A stretch of 10,809 nt of DNA from Candidatus Hermodarchaeota archaeon (GCA_016839365.1 JAEOUH010000015.1:1-10809); one strand, 5' to 3'; counted from the first letter of the stretch, positions 1-9,028 are shown. Numbers and translations are program-made. The notes: generated from the sequence alone by a model not told the origin.

Positions 1-819
1 ATAATAATTACTTGCAACGAGTGACGCAGGGTTAGGGAGTTTCTTCAGATTTGTTAAAATCCCACAGTGGCAGCCACAGCAATTGCAGATCACAAAGCCT
101 TTTTGATCATTGCTTGGACTGCAAACTAGACCTGCATCGTGAGCCTCGTCTAGTATTTTGATGGCTTCATCGACTGTGATTTCGCGACCATATCCGTTTT
201 CAATGTAGTAATGCGCACCAGTGGAAAAGACCATACACACTTCTTCAGGTTTTTCACACTGCTCTCCTAATACCGCCTTCTCACGCTTGCAGATACAGGG
301 TGCCACAGCGATTTTACTCTGCTTTTTGACGATTTCTCGGGCATCTTCATGTGGTAAGACGCCCATCGATGGAGTCAGGCTCGCAGCAACTGGGATGACG
401 CGAAGCTGAGGTGGATCAGCTGAAGCAACAAGTTCATCTCCCAGGGCCTCTTCCATGTATTGCTCGAAATCTTCAGCCAATTCCTTGGTCATATTATTGA
501 CTTGGTGTTCATAGATACCAACGGCAAACCATTCTGCTCGATATTGGGTGATTCCTCCTTTATGAGAACGGAAAATCAATCCTTTATTGGCTAACTGATC
601 CAACAACGGCTTGATTTCCTTAGGATCACGTTCGATGCGTTGAGCAATCTGTTCAACTGTTTCAGGAATATAGGTCAAGTACGTGGCCATTTCAGCCTCT
701 TCTTCAGTGAAAAGGCGTTTGAGAATCCGAATTTCAACTCCTGATTCAGTTTTAGGAAAACCAACAGGAAGACTATCCAGATGTTCACGAAGGCGTTCAT
801 AAACAGTGTTACTACTCAT
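1..819 (-). CDS. 4Fe-4S cluster-binding protein with N-terminal HTH-like region (3' end runs off the window)
   Basis: Not in the ORF track because the stop lies outside the window. Manual translation from ATG at 819: MSSNTVYERLREHLDSLPVGFPKTESGVEIRILKRLFTEEEAEMA...APCICKRE...CEKPEEVC...ICNCCGCHCGIL, open to base 1. GGTGA SD upstream. This motif pattern is typical of Fe-S proteins in anaerobic bacteria and archaea. Confidence 0.85.
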   Translation of the reverse strand, partial: MSSNTVYERLREHLDSLPVGFPKTESGVEIRILKRLFTEEEAEMATYLTYIPETVEQIAQRIERDPKEIKPLLDQLANKGLIFRSHKGGITQYRAEWFAVGIYEHQVNNMTKELAEDFEQYMEEALGDELVASADPPQLRVIPVAASLTPSMGVLPHEDAREIVKKQSKIAVAPCICKREKAVLGEQCEKPEEVCMVFSTGAHYYIENGYGREITVDEAIKILDEAHDAGLVCSPSNDQKGFVICNCCGCHCGILTNLKKLPNPASLVASNYY

Positions 820-866
820 GGTGGTCACCAGACTCTGGCTACATGGGTAGTTAGTCCTTGAATATC

Positions 867-1487
867 TTATGTTCTAAACACATTCGAATTGAATCTCAGT
901 TTATGACCACAGTGACTGCAATGCTTAGAATTAGGTTCAATTACTGAACCACAGTTTTCACAATAGGCCATAGATGCCTTACCAGGGATAAACCCAGAGT
1001 CACGGATTTTTAGCTTCGCTTTTCCAAGTGCGTCTTTTTTATCCAAAATGGTGGGAAAGTGCCAAAGGTAAACTCCTGCCACGACTGTCGCACCGAGAAG
1101 TCCCATAACAATATCACGGACGCCATTCCACCAGAAGTTCGAATAGATTCCAAGCCATGGAAAGAAGATCGATAGGAATTCTTCAAAAATCTCCCACGCA
1201 AAGGCTACGGCTAAAGTGTAGAAAATTGCTGGTAGAATGATCAGAAGAAATGGCGGAACAATTGGAAGAACTTTTTTCAAAGATCGTGATAGATTAAAGT
1301 TCAAAAGAAATGCACAAATAGCGGCTCCGAAGAGAAAGTGGGGAATCATGTCAAGATAAGAGCCCGCACTATATCCGCCAGTGAGTTGAATTAAAATATG
1401 TGCTGTAATAGCCAAAACGAAGAGGGGAATAGTAACAAGAATCCATAAGCGGTCTGTGCGAAACCAAGATCGCGATGCCATTATCAT
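867..1487 (-). CDS. Integral membrane protein (about 4-5 TM) with C-terminal zinc ribbon
   Basis: Hydrophobic segments carrying D..H, WE..E and D residues; C-terminal CENCG...CSHCG. Confidence 0.75.
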   Translation of the reverse strand: MIMASRSWFRTDRLWILVTIPLFVLAITAHILIQLTGGYSAGSYLDMIPHFLFGAAICAFLLNFNLSRSLKKVLPIVPPFLLIILPAIFYTLAVAFAWEIFEEFLSIFFPWLGIYSNFWWNGVRDIVMGLLGATVVAGVYLWHFPTILDKKDALGKAKLKIRDSGFIPGKASMAYCENCGSVIEPNSKHCSHCGHKLRFNSNVFRT

Positions 1488-1560
1488 ATGCCCTTATCTA
1501 GGTCCACGTCTTAACCTCAAAAAGTTGTGGGGTCAAGAAAACCTAGCCAAACTCTTTGGG

Positions 1561-3321
1561 CTATAATGGAATCGGGATTTCTCCATCATAAAAGAAGCTG
1601 TTCTTTTTGACATACTCTAAATAGCGCTTAATCTCTGTCTCCTGCATTTTTGGTGTCCATTCAAGAATTGCTCCCATTCGCTTTACTGCTGAAGAAGCGA
1701 TTTGCCCTTGATATTCAGGACGAACTAGCCAGCATACCTCCATTCGCCGGCAAAGAACATCTTCTAAATGAAAAGGAGCCTCATGGCGTACAACATAGTC
1801 CACTTCAGCTGCAATCCAAGGAGCCACTTCAACTGGATAATCAGGAACTTCAAGAAGTCGTGCTGCGAGTTCTGGGTGATTCTGAACCTCCTGAAGAATG
1901 GCTAAGCCTCCGCGTCCGTACTGTTGGTAAAGGTGGCGCAAGATAACTGGATGCAGCGTAGAATTGGCGACTCTAGGGTGGTTTTCCCATTCACTTTGTG
2001 AGAGTGTAATTGCATATGCGATTTTGGTCAGGTTTTTCGTTTCAGAGAATTTTGGTAAATCATGTGCAGCACGTGCTTTTAGGATATGGTTCAGAAGCAA
2101 GTCCTCTGCCATCTTCCGGAATGTTGTAAGTTTCCCACCAAGGAGGCTGTAAAGACCATCTTCGCGCTGTAACACGGTGTGCTTTCGGGAGACATCACTT
2201 TCTGTTTTTCCGATTTCAGCCACTAATGGGCGAAGTCCTGCATAGGAACCATGGATATGTTGATCATCGACTTTTGCATCGGGAAACAGCATGCGAAGGG
2301 TATTCCGCAGATAATCGGCATCCTCGCGGGTGCAATAGACTTCTGCTGGGTCACCTGAATAATCAGTATCTGTGGTTCCAACCAGAACCCAGTCATTTCG
2401 CCGGATCGCGAAGAAAAACCGGCGGTCATCAATCGAGTTCATAGCAAAGGTATCGTTGATGGGGATATCTTTACGATGATAGGCCAAATGAACGCCTTTC
2501 GTTGGACGGAGAACCTTCTCAGTCGATTCACGATTTAGTTCCAGGACTTCATCGGCCCACACACCTGTTGTATTAATTATCACTTTTCCTCGGATATGCA
2601 GCTTCTCCGATTCTGAGCCAGTCACATCAATGGCTTCTACGCCATTCACTTGATTCCTAGAATCGTGGTCAAATCCCACAACTCGGATGTAATTCAGAGC
2701 AAGTGCATTGTTTGTGTGTAGCGCTTCCTTGAGGGTTTCAATCACCAACCGGGCGTCATCAACATTCGAATCATACCATGTGATTGCGCCTTTCAGCCGC
2801 GACGATTCCAAAAGAGGCTCAAGCTCTCTGATTTTTTCCACATTCTTGATGCCTTTGCCTCCCCGATAACTCCTGAAACCACTCAGCAAGTCATACAAAA
2901 ATGCACCAAATCTTACCGTGTTATAACTCCAGCTTTTCTTGACTTCTTGGTTTCCCACTTTTCCCTCTGACAATATGGGGTAGAGAAAACGAGTTGGTCT
3001 TGTCAGATGAGGTAATCCCTTGTCTCGCAGCCAGTTTCGTTCCGTTGTGGCTTCACGTACAAGGCTAAATTCTCGTTGCGCAATATAACGAAAGCCGCCA
3101 TGGGCAAGTTTCGTGGACCGACTCGATGTTCCAAACGCAAAATCGTATTGATCGAGGATTGCGACAGCCAAACCACGATAGGCTGCTTCAAGGGCAACTC
3201 CTGCACCAGTGATGCCCGCACCGATTACGATGATATCCCAAGTCGTTTCTTTAAGGCGCTGAAGCTGTTGTTGGCGGTTGATTTGGGAAAAATCATTGCA
3301 TTCAATCGGTGATGTGCCCAT
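1561..3321 (-). CDS. glpD: FAD-dependent glycerol-3-phosphate dehydrogenase/oxidase (GlpD/GlpA family)
   Basis: IGAGITG Rossmann motif, DFAFGTSSRSTKLAHGGFRY, DDARL, KGVHL, VGTTD, AGLRPL, GGKLTTFRKMAE. Start moved from 3456 to ATG 3321 (MGTSP...), which has a GAGGT SD upstream. Confidence 0.93.
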   Translation of the reverse strand: MGTSPIECNDFSQINRQQQLQRLKETTWDIIVIGAGITGAGVALEAAYRGLAVAILDQYDFAFGTSSRSTKLAHGGFRYIAQREFSLVREATTERNWLRDKGLPHLTRPTRFLYPILSEGKVGNQEVKKSWSYNTVRFGAFLYDLLSGFRSYRGGKGIKNVEKIRELEPLLESSRLKGAITWYDSNVDDARLVIETLKEALHTNNALALNYIRVVGFDHDSRNQVNGVEAIDVTGSESEKLHIRGKVIINTTGVWADEVLELNRESTEKVLRPTKGVHLAYHRKDIPINDTFAMNSIDDRRFFFAIRRNDWVLVGTTDTDYSGDPAEVYCTREDADYLRNTLRMLFPDAKVDDQHIHGSYAGLRPLVAEIGKTESDVSRKHTVLQREDGLYSLLGGKLTTFRKMAEDLLLNHILKARAAHDLPKFSETKNLTKIAYAITLSQSEWENHPRVANSTLHPVILRHLYQQYGRGGLAILQEVQNHPELAARLLEVPDYPVEVAPWIAAEVDYVVRHEAPFHLEDVLCRRMEVCWLVRPEYQGQIASSAVKRMGAILEWTPKMQETEIKRYLEYVKKNSFFYDGEIPIPL

Positions 3322-3497
3322 CAATACATACCTCAAGGGGAATGAAGGTTCTTTCCTCTTCAGCTTTACCCTGAAACATAAATCCAAGAAACTTGTGATT
3401 GAAATCCATTTTAAACGCAATATTTTAGTAACGTGGTGAGAGGAGGAACTTTGCACATGCTCAGATAAGTTAGGGTATAAGAAGAGGTCCTAGGGCA

Positions 3498-4319
3498 TTG
3501 ACCGTTCACAGCTTCTATGTAGTCGGATTACGGGAAGGCTTTCCCCTCTATAGTCGAAAGTGGTCCCAATCTGATGTCGACAGTGCCCTCCTTTCGGGTT
3601 TTTTAGCCAGTATGGAACACATGGCTCAACAAGTAGCTGCACAACACGTCAACGTCGTGAACATGAAAGATCGCCGGTTTTTCTTCCAAATCGATGAACA
3701 AAACGGTTTACTCCTCGTCTTCATCACCGACGTAAGCGAAAGCCCCGCCCGCTTCCGCAAGTACCTGGGCATCCTGAACAAGAAATTTGTGAAAATGTTC
3801 AAAAAGCAACTCGATGAGCTCCACGAAAACGGCACCACTGATACAAACCTCTTCAACAGCTTCGATGAGTTCATCGACGACCTTGTTCTTACATGGTGGA
3901 TGGGGGAGACCACTATCTCTGCCGCTAAGGTGATGGATGTCTTCGAAGTGTTCACGCTCTTCTTCAACACCATTCTACAACGGTTCCTCACCGATGTCAC
4001 ACGCCGAACCTATGGCAAGGAAATTCAGCGACTCTTTGAAACCAAAATGAAGAAAATCCCTGCCCTTACTGGCATTACAATCGACAAAACCGGCGTCGTT
4101 ACTTACGAATCCATTGACCCTCAGCAAGTCAAATACACGCAATTCCGGAACGTTCTTTTCGACATCTTCCATGAGTTAATGGTACTCACCCGCAAAACCA
4201 TGCCCAAACAAACGTACCGCTCCCTAGTCTTCGAGCACATCAGCCCTCTCATCCGAACCGAACAAGACCGGATGAAAACCTATTCTCTGACAGAAAAAAT
4301 CGTGATGGAAATACTATGA
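3498..4319 (+). CDS. Longin-domain protein (N-terminal longin fold plus helical C-terminal extension)
   Basis: SFYVV..GFPLYSR / DSALLSGFLASMEHMA / RFFF..GLLLVFITD / LNKKFVKMF..FNSFDEFID fits the b-b-a-b-b-b-a-a longin pattern. TTG start; ATGA overlap with the GTPase. Confidence 0.75.
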   Translation: MTVHSFYVVGLREGFPLYSRKWSQSDVDSALLSGFLASMEHMAQQVAAQHVNVVNMKDRRFFFQIDEQNGLLLVFITDVSESPARFRKYLGILNKKFVKMFKKQLDELHENGTTDTNLFNSFDEFIDDLVLTWWMGETTISAAKVMDVFEVFTLFFNTILQRFLTDVTRRTYGKEIQRLFETKMKKIPALTGITIDKTGVVTYESIDPQQVKYTQFRNVLFDIFHELMVLTRKTMPKQTYRSLVFEHISPLIRTEQDRMKTYSLTEKIVMEIL

Positions 4320-4870
4320 GTAACCCCACCGAAAGCACCACCCAGCCAATCGCTACAAGACGCCCCTACACACACATCGCCAAAGCCGTCGTTATCGGCG
4401 ATGCTGCCGTCGGAAAAACCAGCCTCCTAGTTAGATATGTTAAAGGCTTATTTAATCCAACTTATATCTTAACAATTGGGGTTGCATTTCATGTTAAAGA
4501 TATTGTTTTAGGTGAAAATGTTCTCCGGTTGCAGGCGTGGGATACGGGGGGTCAGGAACGGTTTGGTCCAATTCGACAGCTCTATTATCGTGGTGCTAAA
4601 GGAGTTCTTATGGTATATGATCAGTCGAACCCTGAATCTTTCAATCGGGTTGATTATTGGTTGAATGAGGTAAAACGGGGTTGTGGGGATGTGCCTTTGG
4701 TCCTTATCGCTAATAAGTCAGACCTTCCTGAAAAGGTGAAAACCGAAGAAGGGCGGAAGAAGGCCGAGGAACATTCGATGGTGTTCGTCGAGACCAGTGC
4801 GAAGGACGATACGAATGTTGACTTCGCGTTCTCGGAATTGGCAAGGATAATACTGAATCAGAGTGGTTAG
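4316..4870 (+). CDS. Rab-like small GTPase (Ras superfamily)
   Basis: G1 GDAAVGKT, G2/RabF1-like TIGVAF, G3 WDTGGQERF, RabF4 YYRGA, G4 NKSD, G5 ETSAK; no C-terminal Cys prenylation motif. Confidence 0.95.
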   Translation: MSNPTESTTQPIATRRPYTHIAKAVVIGDAAVGKTSLLVRYVKGLFNPTYILTIGVAFHVKDIVLGENVLRLQAWDTGGQERFGPIRQLYYRGAKGVLMVYDQSNPESFNRVDYWLNEVKRGCGDVPLVLIANKSDLPEKVKTEEGRKKAEEHSMVFVETSAKDDTNVDFAFSELARIILNQSG

Positions 4871-5502
4871 AGTTCTTGTTTTTTAAGCAAAGATATTGTT
4901 GCAGCAAAAGCGCCGAGTTGTGCAGCTACTCGTGTTGGTCCTGATCCGATAATGAGAACGTCTCCAATTTGAATGTTAAAGGGTTCAAGGACCTCTCTGA
5001 GCTCTTTTTTCGGGATACGATGTTCCTTTACCATAACTAGAACTTCTAGATCTTCGTCTTGGATGAAGGTTGATGCTCCACTTGCACCCGCTTGAAGGGC
5101 TGCATCTCGTTGTTCAACGCCGTCGGTAACGTAATTGGCGAGTTGGTGAAGGTGACAACCATTGTTGTAAACATCTATTGTGTAGCTGCTTTCTGGTAAT
5201 TCATCGAATGCGACAAGGATTTCTCCAAGCTTCTCACAGTGTTGCTTACCTTTTGGAGAAAGCTGATGGCCCTGTCGATTGATGGGTATAATAAGTCCCT
5301 GACTCCGGAGAAACCGGATAAGTGAACGAATACTGCCCCCACCTAATCCCAGATCTGAACCAAGTTGGTATCGACCGATAGGAGCCGTTGATCGGCAAAA
5401 GGCATAGAAGGCCGCTAGGAGGTGCCAGGGATGAAACTGAGTGGGAGGCCCTTGGCGTACATCAGTGCTCAGGAGTTTGATGAGTTCCATGGAGATAATC
5501 AT
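4867..5502 (-). CDS. Winged-HTH protein with DUF4443-like C-terminal domain (putative regulator)
   Basis: PIGRYQLGSDLGLGGGSIRSLIRFLRSQGLI wHTH and the GVEQRDAALQAGASGA motif; ATGA overlap with the ECF gene. Confidence 0.7.
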   Translation of the reverse strand: MIISMELIKLLSTDVRQGPPTQFHPWHLLAAFYAFCRSTAPIGRYQLGSDLGLGGGSIRSLIRFLRSQGLIIPINRQGHQLSPKGKQHCEKLGEILVAFDELPESSYTIDVYNNGCHLHQLANYVTDGVEQRDAALQAGASGASTFIQDEDLEVLVMVKEHRIPKKELREVLEPFNIQIGDVLIIGSGPTRVAAQLGAFAATISLLKKQEL

Positions 5503-6140
5503 CCTTTCAGTGATTCATGCAGGTTGGGTTCTTTCTTCGCTTTTATTCCGTTTTTACCTTGGTGAAACTGGTTTACTTGAAGGTGATGGACTGCCAGAGT
5601 TACTGGTTGGGTGAGGAGACCGAATAAAACTGCGTTACTTGCAATATGAATAATCATGAAGGGCAGACCTGTAATAATGGTCACGATGAATGGTATACCA
5701 AAGGTGAAGCTGTAGGCAAAGGTGGTTACCAGGTCGAAGAAGAGGGTGAGGAGGATGCCAAATAGAGCCGGAACGAGAAACCAACGATTATCAGAGTAAT
5801 CTAACTGTTGGACGGCTTTTCCGAGAATACCTCCAATAATACCAATAAAGATGGTGCATCCAATTACGGCTAGTCCAATGGGTGGGAGGAAGGCCCCCCA
5901 GGGATTCCATAATTGGTAGATCAACATGGCGATGAGCCCAACGAAGGCGCCAATAATTGGTCCAAAGAGGAATCCGCTAAGAAAAACCATAACGGAGGAG
6001 AGCTCGACGTTGGGAATGGCAGAGAGGGCATAATTTCCCCCTATCGCCAGCGCCGCAAAGACAGCAATGAATGCGACTCGAATTGCGACCGTGCTCCCTG
6101 GATGTGGGGGTTCTCCTCTGTTATCCTTCAAGCAAATCAA
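5499..6140 (-). CDS. ECF transporter S component, CbrT-like (possibly cobalamin)
   Basis: About 6 TM helices; IAVFAALA (AxxxA) in helix 1 followed by IPNVE; HIASN near the C-terminus. The substrate is an inference. Confidence 0.8.
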   Translation of the reverse strand: MICLKDNRGEPPHPGSTVAIRVAFIAVFAALAIGGNYALSAIPNVELSSVMVFLSGFLFGPIIGAFVGLIAMLIYQLWNPWGAFLPPIGLAVIGCTIFIGIIGGILGKAVQQLDYSDNRWFLVPALFGILLTLFFDLVTTFAYSFTFGIPFIVTIITGLPFMIIHIASNAVLFGLLTQPVTLAVHHLQVNQFHQGKNGIKAKKEPNLHESLKG

Positions 6141-6871
6141 CCCTTTTTCGATCGAGTGTCCGATATCACGATTGCAAAGAAGACTATAACGAGAACGATT
6201 CCAAAGGTCCCCACAAAGAGCAGTGTATTCAGGAAAGTGGGATTCTGTGTAAGAGCAACGAAATCGATGCCTAGATGGTAGTCATTCTGGAAGAAGAATT
6301 CCGTATACGCTGAGAGGAGAATTCCTGAATTGATATCGTAGATTAATGTGGTGTTCTGATTTCCCCACGGGCCTTGATGGTATACGTACGTTTTCGTAGA
6401 TAACCCCTCTAAGATATCTAAAGTGCCATTCATCCAGAAGCCTGTAGCGGCTTCGGTGGCTGCTTGGTCAACGGCATTCCAATCAAGGTGCGAGACTAAT
6501 CCTGGGAACCAGGGCCAGATACTGAACACAAGCTCTGCAGCGATTCGCGAATCATTAGCCGGAAGGGTAAGGTTACCAATTGTCAACAATCCCGTTAACT
6601 CGTCATTTACAATTCCCTGGATTTCAAACGAAAGCGCTTGACCTGCTTGGGCGTGCCAGAAGGTGCCGGACCCATAGCCAAATTCGACCGCCGCATCTGT
6701 GACATTGGTGATCCGCCAATGAATTTTGGATGTGCTGAAGGCATCTGGGTACAACTGAGGCGCATAGGGGAGGGTTTGAGCTGTTGTCGGTTGAACACAA
6801 AACAGGATAATCGATATGGCGAATACAAAACTAAGCATTACTTCTGTTCTTGGTCGCATAAACAAATTCAC
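6137..6871 (-). CDS. Hypothetical secreted, C-terminally anchored beta-rich surface protein
   Basis: Signal-peptide-like N-terminus, C-terminal TM helix and basic tail RSKKG; 4-nt overlaps with both neighbours (GTG start). Confidence 0.75.
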   Translation of the reverse strand: MNLFMRPRTEVMLSFVFAISIILFCVQPTTAQTLPYAPQLYPDAFSTSKIHWRITNVTDAAVEFGYGSGTFWHAQAGQALSFEIQGIVNDELTGLLTIGNLTLPANDSRIAAELVFSIWPWFPGLVSHLDWNAVDQAATEAATGFWMNGTLDILEGLSTKTYVYHQGPWGNQNTTLIYDINSGILLSAYTEFFFQNDYHLGIDFVALTQNPTFLNTLLFVGTFGIVLVIVFFAIVISDTRSKKG

Positions 6872-7386
6872 CGTAGTTTGAGATAGATGATGGTGGCGGC
6901 AATGACTACGATTACTCCAATCGCAAGGATGATTCCAAGACCGAATATGAGTTCAGGTCCCGGCGGGGGTGATGCAGTAGGAGTATTTTCTGGGGCACAG
7001 TATTTCCAAAGAATTTGATCGTCATCAGATAATACGTAATTGTCTGCGGCTACTGGGGCAAGGTTGTCGTTAACCCAATATTGCCAATAGAAGCCATTAT
7101 CGTTGGCATTGTTTTCTACACCATTAATTGAGGTGATAAATTTTCCATAGAGGTATTGGGTAAAAACTACGATAGTTGTTTCGTTCAAGACATCAAACAC
7201 CGTCACACCTGCCAGGTCGTGAAATGCCTGTTGTGTTGAATTGCCGTAATCGATGGTCTGCTCGATATTTGAGGCAAGAATAAGATGGTTCTCGATGTTT
7301 GTCGAAGAAGTCAAATTAACATTGGTGGTAGCTGTGAAACAGCACAACGAGAAGATGAGTAATCCAAAAATGGCTAGGTTTTTCAA
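6868..7386 (-). CDS. DUF4430 / transcobalamin beta-domain-like surface protein
   Basis: TVFDVL...YGKFITSINGVEN...FYWQYWVND...VAADNYVLSDDDQILWKY; signal peptide, Pro-rich linker and C-terminal TM. TTG start. Confidence 0.85.
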   Translation of the reverse strand: MKNLAIFGLLIFSLCCFTATTNVNLTSSTNIENHLILASNIEQTIDYGNSTQQAFHDLAGVTVFDVLNETTIVVFTQYLYGKFITSINGVENNANDNGFYWQYWVNDNLAPVAADNYVLSDDDQILWKYCAPENTPTASPPPGPELIFGLGIILAIGVIVVIAATIIYLKLR

Positions 7387-7399
7387 GCAAAGAAGCCTC

Positions 7400-7437
7400 G
7401 TAGGATAAAATATCCTACCATTATTAAAAAGCTTCTC
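7400..7437 (-). promoter_or_regulatory. BRE/TATA promoter plus palindromic operator candidate for the DUF4430-ECF operon
   Basis: Minus strand GAGAAGCTTTTTAATAA (7437-7421), followed by the perfect inverted repeat GTAGGATA-N3-TATCCTAC (7400-7418). Confidence 0.6.
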
Positions 7438-7486
7438 TTGACTAACGATGCGTATAAAGGCTCTAGCTCTGGGGGCTAACCCAGGT

Positions 7487-8983
7487 TCAATGAATCGGCA
7501 GCACTTTCTTAATGAACTCTGTTAGTTTGGTGATTTTGATTGGTTTTTCTTCACCGGTTTTCATGTCACGGACATTCACAGATTTCTCCTCAAGTTCTCG
7601 CGGTCCAACGATGATAACAAGGGGAATCTGCCGTTTTCCTGCATCATCTAGATGCTTAGTCAGTGACCATGAAAAACCGTTGAAAATAGTTCGAATTCCC
7701 TCGGTTCGGAGTTGTGAGGCGATTTCGCGACAGGTACGCAATTGTTTCTTTGTAACAGCGGCGAGATAAACATCAGCTGGGGGGTCAGGTGGTGGAAGCA
7801 AGTTCATTTCCTCCGCCAGCTCCAATATCACCGTCTCACCGAAACCAAATCCAGTTCCTGGCAGGCGTTGACCTTCAAAGATACCAACGAGATCATCATA
7901 TCGTCCTCCACCTGCAATGGCTCGGGGCAGTCCACTACTCCGGTCCCAGGCTTCAAAGACGATACCCGTATAGTAGTCTAGCCCACGCGCAATTCCGGCA
8001 TCAAATTCACACACATCAGTGATTCCTAAATCCTCTAACTGAGTCGCTAGTTGACGTAGGGGATCCAGGGCTTTTTGTGTAGCTGTGTCCAAGGAAAACT
8101 GTTCCATTTTCTGAATGAACTCTTTTGGCGTTCCCCGAATCGCGGAGAATTCTGTGAGTTGCTCTGCTGCTTGTAAGTCCACTCCGGCTTTTCTAAGTGC
8201 CTTGATCAACGCCTTACTTTGAAGTTGAGGTAGATTAGCTTTGAGTGTGTCAATCAGTTTTGAACGGGGAAGTTTGGGCTCTTCTTTTTGTTTTCCAATG
8301 AAGAAATGTCGGAGTTTGAGAGCGACTTCCTCGGCTTTCTTCGCGGAGGTACCGCCCTTTATCAGTTGGTCTACAATTGCTTCTTGTAATATTTTTTCCC
8401 GTCGGTCTAAGACGCGGATAATGTCGATGTAGTTAGTAAGCCCTAGGGATTCGATGAAGCTTTGAACTAACCGGCGATCATTGATCCGGATGACAAAATC
8501 AGCTGGCGTAAAATTCAGACTTAGAATGATTGCAGCGAGTACGTTTATGACCTCTGCGTCGGCGGCGATGTCTTCTGTGCCTAAGATGTCGACATTCAAT
8601 TGCCAAAACTCTTTGACCCGACCTCGTTGTTGTGTCTCGTCTCGAAAGACACGTGAAATCGAGAACCACCGGATAGGACGCGGGTAATACTGCTGTTGGG
8701 CGGCAAGCATACGGGCTAGTGAAGGTGTGGTTTCCGGACGAAGGACTAGTTCCCGTTTCTTCCGATCAGTGACTTTGAAGGTCTCCTCAACTAGGGATGG
8801 CCCAGATTTAAGCTCGTACAATTCTAAGGGTTCAACTGTTGGGCATTCATACTCGATATAACCGAACATTTTTGGAATCTGACGAAAGGCTTGGAGTATC
8901 CGATCAATCCGCTGATAGAGTTCCGGGTAGAAATCCCGAAATCCACCCACTGCAAGGTCTTTTCCGCGTTTCATCGTCACCAA
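7487..8983 (-). CDS. hisS: Histidine--tRNA ligase
   Basis: LRPETT, motif 2 FRDETQQRGRVKEFWQ, ARGLDYYTG, AGGGRYDDL, GFGFG and a C-terminal anticodon-binding domain. The start could be ATG 8974. Confidence 0.95.
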   Translation of the reverse strand: MVTMKRGKDLAVGGFRDFYPELYQRIDRILQAFRQIPKMFGYIEYECPTVEPLELYELKSGPSLVEETFKVTDRKKRELVLRPETTPSLARMLAAQQQYYPRPIRWFSISRVFRDETQQRGRVKEFWQLNVDILGTEDIAADAEVINVLAAIILSLNFTPADFVIRINDRRLVQSFIESLGLTNYIDIIRVLDRREKILQEAIVDQLIKGGTSAKKAEEVALKLRHFFIGKQKEEPKLPRSKLIDTLKANLPQLQSKALIKALRKAGVDLQAAEQLTEFSAIRGTPKEFIQKMEQFSLDTATQKALDPLRQLATQLEDLGITDVCEFDAGIARGLDYYTGIVFEAWDRSSGLPRAIAGGGRYDDLVGIFEGQRLPGTGFGFGETVILELAEEMNLLPPPDPPADVYLAAVTKKQLRTCREIASQLRTEGIRTIFNGFSWSLTKHLDDAGKRQIPLVIIVGPRELEEKSVNVRDMKTGEEKPIKITKLTEFIKKVLPIH

Positions 8984-9028
8984 CTCATGTTCTTATTACC
9001 CACTATTATTGACATAGGTAGGGAAAAA

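Noticed and set aside
3322-3456. 45-aa N-terminal extension of GlpD in the ORF track
   Set aside because: Runs through the divergent promoter region; ATG 3321 has an SD and gives a normal N-terminus.
7387-7486. Cobalamin riboswitch upstream of the DUF4430 operon
   Set aside because: Only 100 nt, with the TATA box about 35 nt from the start codon; no B12-box motifs.
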